From the NCBI GenBank assembly GCA_951406725.2, contig OX597814.1:105772001-105836000 (forward strand): a DNA stretch of 64,000 nt, written 5' to 3'. Origin of the DNA: Octopus vulgaris. Its lineage: Eukaryota. Positions within the stretch are counted from its first letter, which is position 1. Each line of letters begins with the position of its first letter. This document shows positions 56,184 through 64,000 of this stretch, piece after piece. Position numbers and translations under genes: made by a program. The notes below the pieces were generated by a model. It worked only from the letters and a program-made list of their open reading frames with translations. It ran no database searches and had not been told where the DNA came from.

Positions 56184-56973
56184 AATCATATTTAACACGC
56201 TCGAGCGCACTCGGACGTGGGAAGCTTTTCCACTGCGGAAATAATCCCGAGAGAAATTTCTCCTCTTAGACAACGTATGTGAAAACACATTAGGTTGTGA
56301 ATGACGTCACTGGACCACGGGAGTCATGCGCGTCAGCGTTCTTTCACGGCGTGAGTTATGAATTTTATCAGCCGGAAAAGGACGAACTGGGTCTTATATT
56401 ATTAGAATATTATTAGAAGGCTAATGTGCGTAAAGATTTGTCAAACTAGAATTAAAGCAATGTATTCGCAAGAAGCAGCGTTGAATAAAATATAATCGTG
56501 TAACGTCACATTTAACACGGTTCGGCTCACTCGGATGTGAGCAAACCTTCAACTGACGACGAAAATTCTTCCCTTAGAGGGGATGGTCACTACGCCATTC
56601 GTTCGTAGTGACCATTGCGTCCCTCAGGCTACTTTTTACGATACTATTTTACCTTCTGTGAAAAAATTTTCAAGCTCGGGCTGCTTGGAGATGTGGCTAC
56701 TATTTCTACCATATTTAGTGACCACGTAGAGAGTAGTTCATTGGTAAGTAAACTGTGTCTTAATTTGATTTTACTGCTCGTTACATCATTCACATTGGCA
56801 GAGTTTCCTGAACAAACACCTGAAGAAATTGCCATATTGAGAGCCAAAAAAAAGAGAGAAAAATTTGTTCTCTATAACATTATTTTCTCTAGCAGAACCT
56901 TGTATTATCTCCCTTTATTATTCACACCTAGACAATTTAACTTGTCTTCTTAACTCTCACTTTTTCCCCATAG

Positions 56974-57042
<69 letters not shown>

Positions 57043-57086
57043 GTTATTACTGTTATTATCTATATCATTATTTATATTATTATTTA

Positions 57087-57142
<56 letters not shown>

Positions 57143-57564
57143 CACTTCACCTGGAAGAAGAATATCGACTCTGTTACTTGTCCAGATTATTTTTTTGTTG
57201 CCTTTTCCCTTTCTTTGTCTTTCACAATATATATTTTTTTTCAATATTTTCTTCTCTTTTTTTTTCTTCTTTTCTTTCCTCGGCAAATATTTTCACTTTA
57301 TTGCCATAACTCTTGTCAAACGAAGCGAAAAACGAAATTCTAGTTTCGGAATACACAGCATCAGTTGTTATTGGCGGCATACATTGACTTCCTTCCATAG
57401 AAATTACATGACTTACACATTTGTAGCCATTATCCTACTTAACAACGACAACAACACCGAAGCTGTATGATTGGTAATAATACTTCGTTGTACGGTTGGG
57501 AAATCTGTGATTTTTATTGGAGGAAATTTAGGAGGTCGATGCATTCATGCGTTTCTTAATCATA

Positions 57565-57727
57565 GGTGCGAGCGTGGCTGTGTGGTTAACAAGTTTGCTT
57601 CTCAACTAAATGGTTCCGGGTTCAGTCCCATTACCTGGCACATTGGGCAAATGTCTTTTACTCTGTTCTCGGGCTGACCAAACCCTTGTGAGTGGATTTG
57701 GTAGGTGGAAAGTGAAAGAAGCCCGTC
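57565..57727 (+). mobile_element. SINE family B, 5' half
   Basis: gtggctgtgtgg...ggttcagtccca...ttgggcaaatgtctt...gaaagaagcccgtcg. Confidence 0.85.
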
Positions 57728-57790
57728 GCACAAACACACAGGGGTGTGTGTGCGCGAGCGCGTGGCGCGTGTCTAATACATGTATATAGA

Positions 57791-58021
57791 CAGGGTTGGC
57801 CAAAAGTCACCCGAGAGTAAATCAAAACTCCATAAATGCTATCTGTAATTCCGTATTGACTCAAATGGAAAAATGTGTCGCTCAAGAAGGACTTCAGTTT
57901 GAACAATTTTCTTGATGTTTCATATTTAGATGCTTTTATTAAATTGATTCAGTTGTTAAACGTAAGTAAATCTTGGAATTAAATGGTTTTGATTTACTGT
58001 CAGGTGACTTTTGGCCAGCTT

Positions 58022-58023
<2 letters not shown>
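57791..58023. mobile_element. Tc1/mariner-type MITE (233 bp) with TIRs of about 38 bp
   Basis: Left CAGGGTTGGCCAAAAGTCACCCGAGAGTAAATCAAAAC; right GTTTTGATTTACTGTCAGGTGACTTTTGGCCAGCTTTG-TA. The left flank is GA, a probable mutated TA. Confidence 0.88.
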
Positions 58024-58073
<50 letters not shown>

Positions 58074-58116
58074 GTATGTATATATATATGTATGTATATA
58101 TATATGTATGTATATA

Positions 58117-58160
<44 letters not shown>

Positions 58161-58348
58161 CAGGGTGGAGGGGTATTTGGACGGTTTTGGTATACGATAA
58201 AACGACTATGTTTCAACATAAATAAATATGTATTTGAATAAACACGTGGGCAATTAGTCTTGATAATGATTTTTTAAGCAAAGCATTCTATGAAACCGCC
58301 TTCGGCTTCGGTAACTGCTTCAATGCGGGACCAAAACCGCTGGCATTC
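58161..58348 (-). mobile_element. 3' end of a Tc1/mariner (maT/DD37D-like) transposon
   Basis: Minus strand reads CQRFWSRIEAVTEAEGGFIE, a typical transposase C-terminus, and ends at a TA-CAGGGTG terminus. Confidence 0.72.
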
Positions 58349-58351
58349 TAA

Positions 58352-58417
58352 CAGTGGGACTGAACCCACAACGATGTGGTTGGGAAGCAAGCTTCTTACC
58401 ATACAGCCACTCCTGTG
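58352..58417 (-). mobile_element. SINE family B, tRNA head only
   Basis: cagtgggactgaaccc...atgtggttgggaagcaagcttcttaccatacagccactcctg. Confidence 0.8.
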
Positions 58418-58992
58418 TCAATCTTTTTTTTTTTCCTTTTACCTTTTATACACATTGCGTGCGTGTGTCGGCGCTCGCGTGCTCGTGTTTCTCTTTTCGC
58501 GTTTAAAATATCTTCCTGTTTGTTAAATCACGCTGGAGATGTCTGACCTGCAGTAGAGGGACGGTGTCCCTGTGGCATAGTTAAACACCACCTTCGTTCA
58601 TTTTAATACTCTTACGTCAACATATTCTTTGAAGATCGATTGAGTAGGGACAGAAAATGGTTACGTTTCGTTCTATTGATCTGTCGTCCTTTCAAGCCGT
58701 TATTTGTTTTCGTCCAGCGAGACTTTAAAAGTCTTCAGGAAACCACCCACTGTAGTCTGTTAAGGCTGCATATTCCATCACGCAGCTCATTATTTACAGG
58801 GACATAATTAGAGAGAAATAGAGATGATTACCGACGGCTTTACTCTATACAGATAGGCAGAATATTATGTACAATACCTTACATGTCGCAGAAATATATT
58901 TGTTAATATATCTTTATATGTTGTCATGTTATATAAATGTTATGTGTGTGTATACGTGTGTGTCTGTGTGTATATATAGATTCACATGTATA

Positions 58993-59043
<51 letters not shown>

Positions 59044-59737
59044 GTTTATATATGTATGTGTGTGTATATGTATATATGTACGTGTGTGTATATATATATG
59101 TGTGTGTCTGCGTGTATATTTATGTATTTATGTGTGTGTGTATAGATATGCATGTATATGAATCTGTGTATGTGTGTATATATTTATATGTATGTATCTG
59201 TGTGTATCCTCCGCATCTCTCTTCAGTTTGTTTTGAAGTTATCGAATTGCTTACGTAATATTCAATGCGTGCATATACATGGATGTGTCCGTGTGTGTGT
59301 GAGAGAGAGGTAGAATGCGAGAGAGGAAGAGTGAGGGAGGCTCGTTAAATATGGAGAATGGTAATTTGTTGTTGTTTGTCTCGTCATGTTGTACAACTGA
59401 TCAGCTGGTCAGAAAGCTACCATTACAGATGCAGTTGGTGCTGCGGGGACGGGTGGTGGAGGTGCTGCTGTCGGTGCTGCTGCAATAAACATTGTCTTCA
59501 TAATATTCAAGGAATCACGGTTTCCCAAAAAGATCTCCTGATCATTGTCAACATGACGTCATAGTTGTCGTGACGTCACCAGTCGGTTTTATAGTAAACG
59601 ATTGTGTCATAGTCAGTTCCCAAATAAAATTACATCATACTCATCATTATCACCACCATCATCATCACCACCACCACCATCATCACCACCATTACCATCA
59701 TCATCGTGTTATATATCTTTTTGCCTTTTATCTTTTT

Positions 59738-60071
59738 TTCCTGTTTCACTCATTAGACTACGGCCATGCTGGAGTACCGAATTGAACGAATTGAACCTCA
59801 ATTATTTTATAGATCACTTTTGCCGAGCCACTGTTACGGGGACGCAAACACACCAACACCGGTTCTCAAGCGGTGGTGCGGGACAAAGACATGCACATGT
59901 GTGTGTGTATAAATTATATACGACAACAAGTTTCTATATAGAGTTACCCAAGGTTTTGTACCCACAAAACCAAAGCCTTGTGGACAGCTCGTCAGACTCT
60001 ATATGAATACAAAACTTTGAAATATCTACGCCGCAGACGTGAAGAAACGCTCAGAACTCGAGGAATACACA

Positions 60072-60128
<57 letters not shown>

Positions 60129-60302
60129 GTGTCTGTATGAGTGGTTGGCTTCTTCCATTTTCCGTCTATGAAATCCACTCACAAGGCTTTGGTCGGCCCG
60201 TGGATATAGTAAAAGTCACTTGAAAAGGGGCACGCAGTGGAACTGAACCCCGACTCCTGTGACTGGAAAGCCGGCTTCTTACCACACAGCCACAACTGCG
60301 CC
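59738..60302 (-). mobile_element. SINE family B pieces: 3' half (59738-59925) and 5' half (60145-60302), separated by other sequence and (CA)n
   Basis: gactacggccatgctggag...cttttgccga...caccaacacc; ggcttcttcca...aaatccactcacaagg...cttaccacacagccac. Confidence 0.75.
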
Positions 60303-60626
60303 GAACAGTAATAACATTTACAATCGATTCGCAATTTCCATATTTATTGTTTTCTTCCTTTTTTCTTTTTTTTTTCTTTTGTTCGTATGTTACTGTAACT
60401 ATGTTGATGTTTCGCCAGACATTATCAGCTCTGCTTCAACAGTTCCATATCCACTGCCAGTCCCAGCCTCTACCAAATCTGTCTTATAATTTTATGCGTT
60501 TCGCACATAATCATTGAAGATGGCGACCGGGTTAGAATTAACGGATCTTCGGCGGCAATGACGTCAAACATTTCACTTTTCTCAACATTGTTATTTCACT
60601 CTAAGCCTAGCAACTTGTATGTACGT

Positions 60627-60685
<59 letters not shown>

Positions 60686-60800
60686 CCTGTATTGTAAAGT
60701 TTGTTTTGTGTGTCTGCATATTAACTGTGCACTTGTGTATCATCTCATCTATCTATATATTTATTTCTCACCCTATCTCTGTCTGCCTCTCTATCTCTCT

Positions 60801-60847
<47 letters not shown>

Positions 60848-61424
60848 TGTGTGTCTGTGTGTGTATGTAGATGCGTATGTTGTACATGGTTTCATTACAT
60901 TAGTTCCAAATAATTACTGTCATTTTCGTTTGTGTCTACGGCCGTGTGTCTGGTTGATTGTTAATTAGCAAACAGCTGGAAAGAACAATGAGAAGAATCT
61001 GTGTGTGCGTGCGCGCGCAGGCATGTGTGTGTGTGCGTGCGTGCTGAAAGAAATGGAATATACGTGGCCTTGTGTACGTGGAAGTGAAAACGAAACTAAT
61101 TTAATTTTCCATGTGCAGCGCATTGCCACATCAGAAAAAGTTTAATGCTCTTTTGCATACATACGTCAATGGAACTGAAGCAGGTCGTTTTGGTGAAATT
61201 GAAGAGCGGAAATGACTGCGAAATATCAACATCGCTCCTTTTCACTCTCAGGTTGATTTCGTTTCGGCAATCTTTCAGATATTTGTATTTTTAAACACAA
61301 TTCGCCTTTAAAGGTGGTTTACCCTGGACGAAGTATTCACGTTTTACAGAGTTTAACGACACGCAAATATTTAATGTGGCATACTCACATTAATTGTTTT
61401 CATTATTTCAACTGCTTCGACCAA

Positions 61425-61476
<52 letters not shown>

Positions 61477-61559
61477 ATATATATGATATATGATATATAA
61501 TATATACATAATGTAATATATATATATATATACTATATTATATACATCTATATAATATG

Positions 61560-61621
<62 letters not shown>

Positions 61622-62814
61622 CATATATAATATTTATACAAAATATAATATAGATAGATAGATAGATGGATCCTCAGGTGGTTTAAAAACTCAGTGTTTG
61701 CCAGACATGTTGGAAATATAGCAATACCGCTTTGTCTTCTGCAGACTTTTTATCAATAATTTCACACACACACACAGAGCCACACTCATACGTGTGTGTC
61801 TATATGTATATATATTCTCAAAACTCTTTATTAAATTTGATTTCTCTTGAGTTTTATCATCTAACGCCATCAACTTTATTGCTCTATCTATTTTCTAATC
61901 TATATATGCGTATGTATGCGTCTTTCTGTGTGTGTGTGTGTGCGTGTGTGTGAAAAGATAGGGTGGGGGAAGTTTCTGATTAACATTTCACTGTTATCTT
62001 AATTGAGAATTCTATTTTTGTTTATTTACGATTTCCTACTCATGGTTTTGTTGTTGTTGTTGTTGTTGTTGTGTAAATTACTTTAAATTATCCGATTGAA
62101 TTACAATATATAAATAACTGCGTATGATTGTTATTTCCTGTTGGTCAGGGTAATATATTCTCTCATTAACCAACAAAATATATATTTCCTTTTATCGATA
62201 TATATGTGTGTGTGTGTGACTACATCATTATACTTTTGTATCTAAGAGTAAAAGAAAGGAAAGAATATCTAGGGAGCAGCATTGTGGACTTGTTCTTAAA
62301 ATAAGACTTGACTTATATTTGATACTAGTAGCGACCGCACTATTCCCTTACTCCCCAATCCTAAAAAGAAAACGGCCCCAACTCATCTCAAAATGCCGCC
62401 ATATAACAAAGTTCTTGCTGACCATCTTGAACTACTGACGTATAACTAGAAACACTGACATCGCCGATAACAAGACTAACCACGTAACTATCACCTTGGT
62501 TAAAACACACATATACATATATGTATATACAAGTATTTCTAAATGTATTTTTATATTGCCGCATCTACACACACACACACACACACACACTATTTATAGT
62601 ATTGTCATTTGCTCGAAGTATTGTGATGTATTTCAATGATAAAAATGTTTGAAAGAGAAAGGACTTCGGCCGTTACAGCTAACGTGTTTGGCCAAATGTG
62701 TGACACAGTTTCTTTCCTCTCTAATCTCATTCACTGAACTATTGTCATCCCCATTCAGACTTCTCAGCAAGATTGCTCATGGGTTTTTGGGGTTTTTTTC
62801 TTTGTTTTTCAAGC

Positions 62815-63130
62815 ATGGGCCTGACACTGCTGTCGATTATGACGACGAGGTTTCCAGTCGATCCCATCGACGGAATAGCCTGCCCCTTGAATGAGCGTGC
62901 AAGTGGCTGGGTACTCCACAGATACAGTACACTTAATGTAGTCCTCAAGGAGATTCAACCCGACACAGAATGTGACAAGATTGGCCCTTTTGAATCACAG
63001 GTACAACCCATTCTCGCCAGCTGAGTTGAATGAAGCAAGTGTCTTGTTTAAGGATACAGCGCGCCGCCACGAATCGAAATCACGACCTTACGATAGTGAA
63101 CCGGATATCCTAACTCCCTAAGCCTCGCGC
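62815..63130 (-). mobile_element. SINE family D (tRNA head + CORE-like domain), diverged
   Basis: Minus strand reads gcgcgaggcttagggagttagg...gatttcgattc (B box)...gtatccttaaacaagacactt (CORE-like). Confidence 0.65.
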
Positions 63131-63151
63131 ATACACACATACACACATTAT

Positions 63152-63182
<31 letters not shown>

Positions 63183-63273
63183 AAGAGAGAGAGAGGGGTA
63201 GCCTATGTGTTGTGCCCAATTCACAAATCTCATCATATATGAGGCCCCAGTCATAACAAAGAATATACGCATG

Positions 63274-63358
<85 letters not shown>

Positions 63359-63680
63359 GTATGTATGTATGTATGTGTGTGTGTGTACATAAGGGGGGGA
63401 TGTAGTCAGCGATAATGATAACTTCCTCTCATTGTATTTGGAGATGATGATGATCATCATCATCATCGTCACCCTTATCTTTATTCAGTGTTGGAGGAAG
63501 CAATAAATGCAATTTTGAGTGAATGTACTTATTGTTTAGCCAAATACGTTCCGTCTCCCCTCCTTCCCCCCTCTCTCTCTCTCTCCTATCTATCAATCTA
63601 TTACACCTCCCACACATTTACGCATACCCATACATTCATATACTCTTACAAATACATGTTCACTTATATACATACATACA

Positions 63681-64000
<320 letters not shown>

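Noticed and set aside
59358-59564. Cys-rich ORF containing WWRCCC, considered as the missing Prickle Cys-rich exon
   Set aside because: It lies downstream of the PET exon, has the wrong Cys spacing, and derives from (GCT/GGT) low-complexity sequence.

Overview
Eukaryotic, AT-rich, microsatellite-saturated DNA. The SINE families and the repeat landscape suggest a coleoid cephalopod, probably Octopus (inference from recall, not a database result). The only convincing host coding sequence is one 181-nt plus-strand internal exon (30144-30324) of a Prickle-family PET/LIM gene. No flanking exon was recognised, so the window is probably two very long introns. The rest is (TA)n/(CA)n/(AG)n/(AAT)n microsatellite, which accounts for nearly all of the ORF track, plus several tRNA-derived SINE families, decayed mariner/Tc1 transposons and MITEs, a non-autonomous Helitron, RTE-type LINE ends, an element sitting in (ATT)n arrays, and two long hairpins. 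I found no new multi-gene system. The best leads are an inverted SINE pair bracketing the Prickle exon, a SINE dimer mobilised as a unit, the (TAA)n-associated element, a hidden three-zinc-finger relic, and an excess of CRE palindromes. Repeat boundaries were read by eye and are approximate.
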